From an uncultured Clostridiaceae bacterium (GTDB lineage: Bacteria > Bacillota > Clostridia > TANB77 > CAG-508), in contig CATLFA010000002.1 of the NCBI GenBank assembly GCA_949927585.1, positions 25,825 through 89,824 of the forward strand: 64,000 nucleotides of DNA, in the 5' to 3' direction. Below are positions 51,277 to 60,105 of this stretch, piece by piece. Made by a program: the position numbers and the translations under genes. How positions within the stretch are numbered: position 1 is the stretch's first letter; the number at the start of each line of letters is the position of its first letter. The notes under the pieces were generated by a model. The model worked only from the letters and a program-made list of their open reading frames with translations, searched no databases and was not told where the DNA came from.

Positions 51277-51443
51277 ATGAATAATTATTATGAAATATTA
51301 CAAGTAAGTAAAAATCCTAAAAAGAAATTATAGAAAAAACATATAAAATATTAGCAAAAAAGTATCATCCAGATTTACAAGAAGAAAGTAATAAAGCTAG
51401 TGCTGAAGAAAAATGAAACTTATATATGATAATATAAACTAAA
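51277..51443 (+). pseudogene. Decayed J-domain (DnaJ-like) gene remnant with multiple frameshifts
   Basis: Frame 1 'MNNYYEILQVSKNPKK' then stop; frame 2 'KEIIEKTYKILAKKYHPDLQEESNKASAEEK'; frame 3 'KMKLIYDNIN'. Together these trace the J-domain consensus (YYEILGV..A...EIKKAYRKLA.KYHPD...AEEKFKEI..AYEVL). Confidence 0.55.
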
Positions 51444-51562
51444 AAATATAGATAAATTATAAAAAAATATAAAAAAGGTTTGAAAAATTTTCCAAAACAA
51501 GTTATAATATAATTATAACAGAGTAATTTTAACAAAAGATCAAAATGAAGGGAGCGATTTTT

Positions 51563-52099
51563 ATGAACATAAAAATAACAGGAAAAGAACTAAAGGCAAC
51601 AGAATCTATAAAAGATTATGCCCAAAGAAAAATTGAAAGGTTAGAAAAATATTTTGGAGAAGACATTGATGTGTTAGTAACAATAAAAACAGAAGGAAAC
51701 GAACAAGTTGCAGAATTACATGTAACAGCAGCTGGAGAAACATTAAGAGCAGTAACTGCACATAGAGATTTATATGCTTCAATAGATAAAGACATAGACA
51801 TTTTAGAAGGACAAATAAGAAAAATGAAAACTAAAAAAGAAAAACAAAACATGTCAGATTCAATAAAATTAAAAGAAACATTAAATAGTGATAAAACACA
51901 AAATGAAATAGAAGATGAAATAATAAAAACAATATATTACAGTATAAAACCAATGGCACCAGAAGATGCGAAACTAGAACTAGAAGGAAAACCAAAAAAC
52001 AACTTCTTAACATTTATAAATATAGAAACAGGAAAAGTAAATGTAATATACAGATTAAAAGATAGCAAAAATTTCGGTTTAGTAGAACCAGAAGCATAA
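51563..52099 (+). CDS. hpf: Ribosome hibernation-promoting factor (long form, YvyD-like)
   Basis: 'MNIKITGKELKATESIKDYAQRKIERLEKYF...HVTAAGETLRA' S30AE domain plus C-terminal dimerisation domain. Confidence 0.9.
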   Translation: MNIKITGKELKATESIKDYAQRKIERLEKYFGEDIDVLVTIKTEGNEQVAELHVTAAGETLRAVTAHRDLYASIDKDIDILEGQIRKMKTKKEKQNMSDSIKLKETLNSDKTQNEIEDEIIKTIYYSIKPMAPEDAKLELEGKPKNNFLTFINIETGKVNVIYRLKDSKNFGLVEPEA

Positions 52100-52163
52100 A
52101 AAAATAATAAACCAAAAAATAAAGTCTTGCATAGCAAGGCTTTATTTTTTGATTTTAATAAAC

Positions 52164-52358
52164 TTATTTCATTTGGCTTTCAGCTTGTTGTATTAATTTT
52201 CTAACCATGTTACCACCTATTTTACCAGCATCTCTTGCAGAGATATTTCCGTTGTATCCGTCTTTTAAACTTACACCAACTTCGCTAGCAACTTCGTGTT
52301 TAAATCTGTTAAGAGCTTCTCTAGCTTCTGGAACTACTTTAGAGTTTGAGTTTGTCAT
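52164..52358 (-). CDS. Alpha/beta-type small acid-soluble spore protein
   Basis: 'VPEAREALNRFKHEVASEVGV' and 'GGNMVRKLIQQAE' SASP signatures. Confidence 0.9.
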   Translation of the reverse strand: MTNSNSKVVPEAREALNRFKHEVASEVGVSLKDGYNGNISARDAGKIGGNMVRKLIQQAESQMK

Positions 52359-52523
52359 TTTATTTCACCTCCTGAAAATTTTAGATTTCATTATATATAT
52401 TGCACAAATAGTAAAAAAATAAACTGGAAATTTTTAGAAAATATTGACTTTTTATGTAAATTGAATTATAATATAAAAAGATAAAATAACGAATATTTCT
52501 TTTTTTAATAAGGAGGAAAATTA

Positions 52524-52766
52524 ATGAAAACAAAGACAATTGGAATTGTTTTAACAAAAATGGACTCAAGTTGTATTTCTGGTTATTTAGGAAAACTGGA
52601 AGCCAATGAAATAATAAAAATATTCTTTAGTTATTATCCAAACTTAGGGTACTATAAAATATATGATGGAACATTTGGAGAAGGTAAAGAAGTCGGGAAA
52701 CAACTTGAGAAAATCGGCATTAAAAATTTGCGATTCAATTTCAATAATGAAATATATACAATTTGA
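52524..52766 (+). CDS. Hypothetical small protein (80 aa)
   Basis: RBS 'aaggagg'; terminator at 52782-52818. Confidence 0.35.
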   Translation: MKTKTIGIVLTKMDSSCISGYLGKLEANEIIKIFFSYYPNLGYYKIYDGTFGEGKEVGKQLEKIGIKNLRFNFNNEIYTI

Positions 52767-52781
52767 TTAAAATCATATAAA

Positions 52782-52818
52782 GAAAGACAGGAACTTGTTT
52801 CCTGTCTTTCTTTTTATG
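52782..52818 (+). terminator. Terminator 'aaagaaagacaggaa-cttgtt-tcctgtctttcttt'
   Basis: 14-bp stem plus T-run. Confidence 0.75.
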
Positions 52819-52867
52819 TAGAAAGGCAAAAAATAAATTCCTGTTTTTCAACTATTTTTTAATATAA

Positions 52868-53068
52868 CTATTTACCAGCCATTTGTCTTTCAGCTGTTTC
52901 GATTAATTTTCTAACCATGTTACCACCTATTTTACCAGCATCTCTTGAAGTTATATCACCATTATAACCTTGTTTTAAGTTAACACCAACTTCGCTAGCA
53001 ACTTCATATTTGAATTTGTTTAAAGCTTCTCTAGCTTCTGGAACTACTTTAGAGTTTGAATTTGTCAT
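52868..53068 (-). CDS. Alpha/beta-type small acid-soluble spore protein (second copy)
   Basis: 'VPEAREALNKFKYEVASEVGVNLKQGYNGDITSRDAGKIGGNMVRKLIE'. Confidence 0.9.
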   Translation of the reverse strand: MTNSNSKVVPEAREALNKFKYEVASEVGVNLKQGYNGDITSRDAGKIGGNMVRKLIETAERQMAGK

Positions 53069-53239
53069 TTTTTTTCACCTCCTAAATGTATATAATTGAA
53101 AAACGTAAAAAATGTTTTTCTAATATTAGAATGTTCAAAAAAAGTAAAAATAAACTACCAATTTTTTGAAAAATGAAAAATAAAATCGAAATGAATATAA
53201 AAATCATAAAAGAGTAAAATAAAAATGAGGTGTTTTTTA

Positions 53240-53386
53240 TGAATGAAGACAAAAAAAGTTATGAAGATATAGAAGATACGACAAAATATGGAGAATTCAT
53301 TTCATCATATTTTGCATGGACTACTTTAGAAAAGCAAAAACAAACTGCAAAAGAAATGGATAGAATGACAAAAAATAAGAAATAAA
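53240..53386 (+). CDS. Unannotated small ORF (48 aa)
   Basis: RBS 'aaatgaggtg' 7 nt before ATG; MNEDKKSYEDIEDTTKYGEFISSYFAWTTLEKQKQTAKEMDRMTKNKK. Confidence 0.25.
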
Positions 53387-53418
53387 AATAAGATAATAAA
53401 AAAATTTATAAAAACTAT

Positions 53419-53463
53419 TGACATAAATTATAAAACGTATATAATATAAATATAGGTCAAAGA
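53419..53463 (+). promoter_or_regulatory. Sigma-A promoter (TTGACA-16-TATAAT) with a CtsR operator 'AGGTCAAAGAAAGTCAAAG' directly downstream
   Basis: Tandem heptad matches the CtsR box consensus (A/G)GTCAAA-NAN-(A/G)GTCAAA; located upstream of ctsR. Confidence 0.75.
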
Positions 53464-53490
53464 AAGTCAAAGTAAAAGAGGTAATAAAAT

Positions 53491-53941
53491 ATGAGAATGT
53501 CAGATATAATAGAAGATTTTATAAAAGATTTATTTACAGAAGAGGATGAATATATAGAAATACAAAGGAATGATTTAGCTCAGCAATTTAATTGTGTACC
53601 ATCGCAAATAAACTATGTAATATCAACTAGGTTTAAACCATCGCAAGGCTATTATGTAGAAAGTAAGCGTGGAGGTCGGCGGGCATATAAGAATAAAAAA
53701 AATAAATGTAACAAAAAGCAATTACTTTATGCACATAATAAATAGTATAGAAGAATACTTATCAAGTCAGGAGGCAGATATATTTATTAGTAATTTTTTA
53801 TCTTATAACATGATAAATGAGAGTCAAGCAAAGTTATTAAAAGTAGCAACAAGCGACAATGTACTAACAATTCCTCAACCAATAAGAGACCAAATACGTG
53901 CAAAGCTATTTAAGAATATGTTAGTAAACTTAATCGATTAA
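53491..53941 (+). pseudogene. ctsR: Class III stress gene repressor CtsR, interrupted by a single-base (+1) frameshift in the glycine-rich hinge
   Basis: Frame 1 '..[36 protein letters not shown]'; +1 frame '[28 protein letters not shown]...'. Deleting C53677 ('ggtCggc') restores the conserved 'ESKRGGGGHIRI'. Confidence 0.85.
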
Positions 53942-54048
53942 AAATTAGATATTAGAAGTCGGAGGTTAAAACTTGAAGTTTAGGGTAAATTCTTCGAAGA
54001 ATTTACTAAAGAATCCAACCTCCAACTCCAAAAAAGGAGAGATAGTTA
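53942..54048. repeat. Palindromic intergenic repeat between ctsR and mcsA (arms 'ttagaagtcggaggttaaaacttgaagtttaggg' / 'ctaaagaatccaacctccaactccaaa'; perfect core 'gtaaattcttcgaagaatttac')
   Basis: Same architecture as 28241-28330. Confidence 0.65.
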
Positions 54049-54590
54049 TGAAATGTGAAAACTGTGGAGAAAACGAAGCAAATGTAAAATATACACAAAT
54101 AATAAACGGAGTAAAAAAGCAAATGTCATTATGTGACAAATGTTCTGAAAAGTTAGGAATTGATGATGTGAAATTTAATATGCCAATTAACTTTTCAAGT
54201 TTTTTAGGAGATGTATTTGATATATATGAAGATACTTTTCCAGAGATTATAAAGCCAAAAACATTAACCTGTGATAGATGCAATATGACATATGATGAAT
54301 TTTTACAAACAGGTAAATTTGGATGCGAAGAATGTTATGAAGTATTTAAAACAAAATTAGACCCAATATTAAAAAACATACATGGAGTTAATAGGCATGT
54401 TGGAAGAATTGGAAATTGCAATAATAGTTCTGAAAATCTTGAAAACATAGATGACTGTAAAAACAATATAGAAAAACAAAAAGAAGGAAAAACGCAATTA
54501 GAAGAAAGGTTAAAACAAGAAATAAAAGAAGAACGCTATGAAGACGCAGCAAAAACAAGAGATGAAATTAAAAAAATGAATAGAAGTTAG
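54048..54590 (+). CDS. mcsA: Protein-arginine kinase activator McsA
   Basis: Two CxxC zinc fingers ('CENCGE...CDKCSEKL', 'CDRC...CEEC') and C-terminal UVR motif ('ERYEDAAKTRDEIKKM'); RBS 'aaaggagag'. Confidence 0.8.
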   Translation: MKCENCGENEANVKYTQIINGVKKQMSLCDKCSEKLGIDDVKFNMPINFSSFLGDVFDIYEDTFPEIIKPKTLTCDRCNMTYDEFLQTGKFGCEECYEVFKTKLDPILKNIHGVNRHVGRIGNCNNSSENLENIDDCKNNIEKQKEGKTQLEERLKQEIKEERYEDAAKTRDEIKKMNRS

Positions 54591-54723
54591 AAATTAGAAG
54601 TCAGAAATAAAAGTTAGAAAATAGATTATATGGGTTGTAGCCTTTGGCAATCAAGTTTCAAAGAAATTACCCAAAAGTCCAACCCCAACTTTCAAAAACT
54701 AACTTTCATACAAGGAGGAGAAA
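54591..54723. repeat. Intergenic repeat between mcsA and mcsB ('agttagaaattagaagtcagaaataaaagttagaaaatag...ccaaaagtccaaccccaactttcaaaaactaactttc')
   Basis: AGTTAGA/AGAAGTC heptad-like arm and complementary CCAACCCCAACTT arm. Confidence 0.55.
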
Positions 54724-55749
54724 ATGAATTGGTATTTAGATAATGGAAAGGAATCTGATGTAGTTGTTAGTACAAGAATTAGATTAGCAAGAAATATAAA
54801 AGGAATGGCTTTTAAATCTAAACTTAATAAAGAGGGAATAAATGAATTGATAGAAAAAGTCAAATATATAACTCCTAGCATAGGATATGGGCTAAAATAC
54901 TTTAAATTAGAAGATATTGATACCATTACAAAATTATCATTAGTAGAAAAGCATATAATTAGTCCAGAAATCATATCTGACAAAAATGAAGAGACATCAG
55001 CAATATTAATTAATGATGAAGAAAATATTTGCATAATGATAAATGAAGAAGACCATATAAGAATTCAAGTATTCGGTAGTGGTTTGGAACTTAAAAATAC
55101 AATGAATTTAGCAAAAGAAATAGATAAAAAATTAGATAAATTATTACATTTTTCATCAAATAAAGAATATGGATATCTAACATCTTGTCCAACAAATGTA
55201 GGAAGTGGACTTAGGGCATCTGTAATGGTACATCTGCCAGCACTAAAACTAACAGGAAACATATCAAAAATATTACATATAATTCACAATTTTGGAATGA
55301 CAATTAGAGGAATATATGGAGAAGAAAGTGAAAGTAAAGGAGATATGTATCAAATTTCTAACAATCAAACATTAGGAATATCAGAAGATGAAATTATTAA
55401 TAATTTAGAAAATATAACTAAGAAAGTAATGGAGCAAGAACGTCTAGCAAGAAAATATTTAGTAAAAGAAAAAATAGAACTAGAAGATAAAGTATATAGG
55501 TCATATGGAACACTTACAAATGCAGTAAAAATAAGCTCAGACGAATGCATAAAGCTACTTTCAGATGTTAAGTTAGGAACAGACTTAGGAATAATGACAG
55601 AATTAACAGATAAAAAAATAAAAGAGCTAGAACTATATACAAAACCATCAAACTTACAAAAGAAATTAGGAAATATAATAAATGCATATGATAGAGATAT
55701 TGAAAGAGCAAAAGTGATAAAGCAAATTATTAAAACTGGGGAAAAATAA
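54724..55749 (+). CDS. mcsB: Protein arginine kinase McsB
   Basis: Phosphagen-kinase motifs 'YLTSCPTNVGSGLRASVMVHLPAL'. Confidence 0.9.
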   Translation: MNWYLDNGKESDVVVSTRIRLARNIKGMAFKSKLNKEGINELIEKVKYITPSIGYGLKYFKLEDIDTITKLSLVEKHIISPEIISDKNEETSAILINDEENICIMINEEDHIRIQVFGSGLELKNTMNLAKEIDKKLDKLLHFSSNKEYGYLTSCPTNVGSGLRASVMVHLPALKLTGNISKILHIIHNFGMTIRGIYGEESESKGDMYQISNNQTLGISEDEIINNLENITKKVMEQERLARKYLVKEKIELEDKVYRSYGTLTNAVKISSDECIKLLSDVKLGTDLGIMTELTDKKIKELELYTKPSNLQKKLGNIINAYDRDIERAKVIKQIIKTGEK

Positions 55750-55750
55750 A

Positions 55751-55786
55751 AAATCCCCATAAAGGGATTTTATTTGTTTTTTTTGT
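55751..55786 (+). terminator. Terminator 'aaaaatccccataaagggatttt' plus T-run after mcsB
   Basis: Hairpin 'atcccc-ataaa-gggat'. Confidence 0.6.
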
Positions 55787-55910
55787 CAATTGCCTGTGCT
55801 ATTATTATTGCTCCTGCTATTATACTTAAGGGTATAGATACTGACATTTCACAAGTAAGAGCCAAAATAATAATTATGGGTGTATAAATTAAAGATAAAA
55901 AAGTACTCAT
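55770..55910 (-). CDS. Small hydrophobic peptide (46 aa), antisense between mcsB and clpC
   Basis: RBS 'ataggagga' 7 nt before ATG 55910; MSTFLSLIYTPIIIILALTCEMSVSIPLSIIAGAIIIAQAIDKKNK (single TM, charged tail). Confidence 0.35.
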   Translation of the reverse strand: MSTFLSLIYTPIIIILALTCEMSVSIPLSIIAGAIIIAQAIDKKNK

Positions 55911-56054
55911 AAAATCCTCCTATTGGGAACACCTTAGTTAATATACTAAGGGCGACAAGTCCAAATGGACAATAAATAGTTATATATATTATAACACAAT
56001 TGACATAAAAATGCAATGAAATTAATTAAAAAATTAGTAAGCTAAAAGAAGGAG

Positions 56055-56103
56055 TGTCCCTAATGGCAATTTTCTGCCAAAAAAGGCCGTCCCTTTTGGC
56101 AGA
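56055..56103 (-). repeat. TTGGGAC-word element copy E (reverse orientation), immediately upstream of the clpC RBS
   Basis: Reverse complement reads 'ccaaaagggacggcc...ccattagggacac', matching the GGGAC units of copies A-C. Confidence 0.5.
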
Positions 56104-56115
56104 AAGGAAGAAAAA

Positions 56116-58575
56116 ATGACATATAAATTTACAAAAAGAGCTGAGAAAGCAATTGAAATTGCAAATAATATAGTAGGGACTCTAGGACATAATTATATAG
56201 GTACAGAGCATCTTTTGTATGGTTTAGTAAAAGAGGGCGCTGGAATTGCAAGTAAAGTATTAGAAAATCAAGGTGTTACAGCAGAAAAAGTAATGGTAGA
56301 AATAGAAAACCTTATAGGTATAAATCAAGATAGTGCAAGTGAAATTAATACTGCAATTGGTTTTACACCTAGAACTAAAAGAGTAATTGAAACAGCTTTT
56401 AGAGAGGCTAAAAAACAAGGGAACGATTATATAGGAACAGAACATTTATTAATAGGCATTATGAAAGAGGGAGATAGTGTAGCAGTAAGAATAATGCTTG
56501 ATTTAAATGTAGATCCTCAAAAATTATACAATGAAATTGTAAAGGTTTTAAATGAAGATGATATAACTTCAAACAATGGGAAAAGCTCAAGCTACAGTCA
56601 AAAAGGAAGCTATAATCAAACTACTACTTTAAACCAATATGGAACAGATTTGACTAAAAAAGCTGAGGAAGGAAAATTAGACCCTGTAATAGGTAGAAAA
56701 GATGAAATAGAAAGAGTTATACAAATACTTTCAAGAAGAAATAAGAATAATCCATGCTTAATAGGTGAGCCTGGAGTTGGTAAAACAGCAGTAGTTGAAG
56801 GTTTAGCTCAAAAAATAGTAGTAGGTGATGTACCAGAATTACTAAAAGATAAAAGAGTAGTAACTTTAGATATATCAGGAATGGTTGCAGGAGCTAAATA
56901 TAGAGGAGACTTTGAAGATAGAATAAAGAAGGTTTTAAATGAAGTAAAAAAAGCAGGAGATGTTATTTTATTTATTGATGAAATACATACTATTGTTGGA
57001 GCTGGCTCAGCAGAAGGAGCAGTAGATGCTGCAAATATTTTAAAACCACTTTTAGCAAGAGGAGAAATAAAAGTAGTAGGAGCAACTACACTAAATGAAT
57101 ATAGAAAATATATTGAAAAAGATAGTGCATTAGAACGAAGATTTAGCCCAGTAAATGTCCAAGAGCCAACTGCTGAAGATACTATAAAAATATTAGAAGG
57201 TATTAGAGATAAATATGAAGCACATCATAATGTGAAAATTACTGAAGAAGCAATTAAATCAGCAGTAGAACTTTCAGTAAGATATATAAATGATAGGTTT
57301 TTGCCAGATAAAGCAATAGATTTAATAGACGAGGCAGCTTCTAAAATTAGAATGAAAGCATATACACAACCAGAGTCAATAAAAAATATAGAAGAAAAAA
57401 TAGAAAAAATAGAAAAAGAAAAAGTAGATAGTGTTCACATGCAAGACTTTGAAAAAGCTGCAAAATTAAGAGATGATAAAAAAGAATTAGAAGAAAAATT
57501 AGAAAAAGAAAAGAAAAAGTGGGAAAGTAAAAATAGTAAAGCTATAATTACACTTACAGAAGAAGATATTGCAGAAGTAATTGCTAGTTGGACTAGAATA
57601 CCTGTAAAAAGACTAACTCAAGATGAAAATGAGAAACTTAAAAATCTTGAAAAAACATTACATGAAAGGGTAATAGGTCAAAATGAAGCAGTAGAAGCTG
57701 TAAGCAAAGCAATAAGAAGAGGAAGAGTAGGTTTAAAGGACCCAAACAGACCAATAGGTTCATTCCTATTTTTAGGTCCAACAGGTGTAGGAAAAACAGA
57801 GCTTTCAAAAGCATTAGCAGAAAGCTTATTTGGAAAAGAAGATTCAATGATAAGAATAGATATGTCGGAATATATGGAAGGACATAGTGTTTCAAAATTA
57901 ATTGGTTCACCTCCCGGATATGTAGGTTTTGACGAAGGCGGACAATTAACAGAAAAAATAAGAAGAAACCCATATTCAGTAATATTATTTGACGAAATAG
58001 AAAAAGCTCACCCAGATGTTATGAATATGCTACTTCAAATATTAGATGACGGAAGACTTACGGACAGTAATGGAAGAACAGTTAACTTTAAAAACACAGT
58101 AATTATAATGACTTCAAACATAGGTGCAAGATTAATAACAGATAAAAAATCATTAGGATTTGGCGGAACAAATAATACAAATGAAGAGTTTAAAAAGGAA
58201 TATGAAAACACAAAAAAAGATGTTTTAGCAGAACTCAAGAAAGAATTTAGGCCAGAATTCATAAACCGTATTGACGAAATAATAGTATTCCACAAATTAC
58301 AAAATGAAGAAATAAAACAAATTATAGATATAATGCTTTCGCAAGTTACAAAACGTTTAAAAGAGCAAAATATAGAAATAGAAATTAGTGAAGAAGTAAA
58401 AGACAAAATACTAGAAAATGGAGTAGACACAAACTTCGGAGCTCGCCCATTAAAAAGAGCAATACAAAATATGCTAGAAGACAAAATTGCAGAAGCAATA
58501 TTAGATGGAAAAATAAAAAAAGGAAAAAAAGCAAATGTACAATTAAATGATGACAAAGAAATAATAATAAAATAA
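56116..58575 (+). CDS. clpC: ATP-dependent Clp protease ATP-binding subunit ClpC
   Basis: Two Clp-N repeats, two AAA+ modules (Walker A 'GEPGVGKT' and 'GPTGVGKT'), UVR linker. Confidence 0.95.
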   Translation: MTYKFTKRAEKAIEIANNIVGTLGHNYIGTEHLLYGLVKEGAGIASKVLENQGVTAEKVMVEIENLIGINQDSASEINTAIGFTPRTKRVIETAFREAKKQGNDYIGTEHLLIGIMKEGDSVAVRIMLDLNVDPQKLYNEIVKVLNEDDITSNNGKSSSYSQKGSYNQTTTLNQYGTDLTKKAEEGKLDPVIGRKDEIERVIQILSRRNKNNPCLIGEPGVGKTAVVEGLAQKIVVGDVPELLKDKRVVTLDISGMVAGAKYRGDFEDRIKKVLNEVKKAGDVILFIDEIHTIVGAGSAEGAVDAANILKPLLARGEIKVVGATTLNEYRKYIEKDSALERRFSPVNVQEPTAEDTIKILEGIRDKYEAHHNVKITEEAIKSAVELSVRYINDRFLPDKAIDLIDEAASKIRMKAYTQPESIKNIEEKIEKIEKEKVDSVHMQDFEKAAKLRDDKKELEEKLEKEKKKWESKNSKAIITLTEEDIAEVIASWTRIPVKRLTQDENEKLKNLEKTLHERVIGQNEAVEAVSKAIRRGRVGLKDPNRPIGSFLFLGPTGVGKTELSKALAESLFGKEDSMIRIDMSEYMEGHSVSKLIGSPPGYVGFDEGGQLTEKIRRNPYSVILFDEIEKAHPDVMNMLLQILDDGRLTDSNGRTVNFKNTVIIMTSNIGARLITDKKSLGFGGTNNTNEEFKKEYENTKKDVLAELKKEFRPEFINRIDEIIVFHKLQNEEIKQIIDIMLSQVTKRLKEQNIEIEISEEVKDKILENGVDTNFGARPLKRAIQNMLEDKIAEAILDGKIKKGKKANVQLNDDKEIIIK

Positions 58576-58604
58576 TAAAAAACTGGGCAATGCCCAGTCT
58601 TTTA

Positions 58605-58901
58605 TTACTCATAAAGCTCATACACATCAAAAACAATAGATTCACAAACATGTTCAATACCTTCAATAAAGTAATGGAAAACAGCTTCTTGTTTGGACAT
58701 AGCATTTTTAAATGTATAGTGTAACCTAAAAATGCTAGAACGATGTCCATCTTTATATCTTACATAGCCTTTCCATTCAACAGGTATAGGTTCAGCTTCT
58801 GTTGATAAATGCAAATGCACATCATGTATCCAACCATGCTCCCGTATTTTTATTTCAAAGATAGTAGGAATGTTTGTGTAAGTATCTTCTACGTTTCTCA
58901 T
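58605..58901 (-). CDS. Hypothetical protein (98 aa)
   Basis: RBS 'aaggagg'; contains a CGG codon; no family recognised. Confidence 0.4.
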   Translation of the reverse strand: MRNVEDTYTNIPTIFEIKIREHGWIHDVHLHLSTEAEPIPVEWKGYVRYKDGHRSSIFRLHYTFKNAMSKQEAVFHYFIEGIEHVCESIVFDVYELYE

Positions 58902-58998
58902 AAACATACCTCCTTTTCAATTGAAAAAGATTAGCTAACGTTATTAATATAATTATAATTTAATATGCAGAATATGTCAACAAATATCGAAAAATGAA

Positions 58999-59856
58999 TT
59001 AAATTGGTTCAACATGAATAGTAGTATCATAAATTTTATCTAATCTATTAATTTCTTTTTCTAAGTTATTAGCTAAAGCGTGGCTATCAAATGTAGACAT
59101 ATTTCCATCCACGCAAATTGTAAGAACAACCATATATTGATAACCAACAGGAGAAGTATAGAAATGTTCAATACTTTGTACATTTTCATAGTTTCTAACA
59201 ATATTCAAAATCAAATCTTTAGTATCTTCATCTAAAGATTTATCCATTAAAACATTATAACTCTCCATAAAAATTTTAAAACCAGTAATAGCAATCCAAA
59301 TTGATATTCCAATTCCAACAACACCATCAAGCCAATACACACCAATTAAAGTAGCAAGTACAGAAAGTAAAGTAAAAGTAGTTACAATACAGTCGTTTTT
59401 ATGGTCTTTACTATTAGCCTCAAGTAAAATATTATTATATTTTCTGCAAAGTTTATTTGTATATATAAATAAACTAAGTTTAACTAAAATAGTAATAAAA
59501 CATACTATAACAAGTAGCCATGAAAAACTCATATAATTATGATTAATTAATGTAAAAATAGAATCAAACATTAATTTAATAGCAACAATTATCATTGAAA
59601 CACTAATAAAAAGTGAAAATATATATTCAGCCTTCCCATGACCAAAATTATGACTTTCATCTTTTGGTTCACTAGCAATTTTATTGCCAATAAAAGTCAT
59701 GAGAGAAGCGAAAATATCACCAGCACTATTAGCGCTATCAGCGATCATTGCTTGACTATTAGTTAAAAAGCCAATAGTCCCCTTTATAATTAACAAAAAT
59801 AGATTACCAAAAATTCCTAAAAGCCCTGCTTTCTTAGTTTCTTTAAATCGTTCCAT
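58999..59856 (-). CDS. Cation diffusion facilitator (CDF) family metal efflux transporter
   Basis: Six TM helices with 'HxxxD' pairs ('SANSAGD', 'HNFGHGKAE'), C-terminal cytoplasmic domain; RBS 'gaaggaaggg'. Confidence 0.8.
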   Translation of the reverse strand: MERFKETKKAGLLGIFGNLFLLIIKGTIGFLTNSQAMIADSANSAGDIFASLMTFIGNKIASEPKDESHNFGHGKAEYIFSLFISVSMIIVAIKLMFDSIFTLINHNYMSFSWLLVIVCFITILVKLSLFIYTNKLCRKYNNILLEANSKDHKNDCIVTTFTLLSVLATLIGVYWLDGVVGIGISIWIAITGFKIFMESYNVLMDKSLDEDTKDLILNIVRNYENVQSIEHFYTSPVGYQYMVVLTICVDGNMSTFDSHALANNLEKEINRLDKIYDTTIHVEPI

Positions 59857-60105
59857 AAGACCCTTCCTTCTATATATTAATTTATGATAAATAAGCATAA
59901 GTATAACACAAAAACTAAAAAAAATAAAGGGAATTTTATAGACAGTTTTGAAAAGGTTTATAGATTTGGAGATTAGAAAGATTGGTAAGTGTTTCTACTT
60001 AAAAATTCCTTTACAAACTATTGAAAAAAAAAACACTTTGTGATATAAACTAATTATACGGAAATAAAGGTTTAAAGCAATAATTATAGTTAAGAAGGTA
60101 ATAAA

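Noticed and set aside
53973-54047. Track's longer mcsA start at 53973
   Set aside because: The extension runs through the palindromic intergenic repeat and has no RBS. ATG 54048 is preceded by 'aaaggagag' and begins with the conserved McsA zinc finger.
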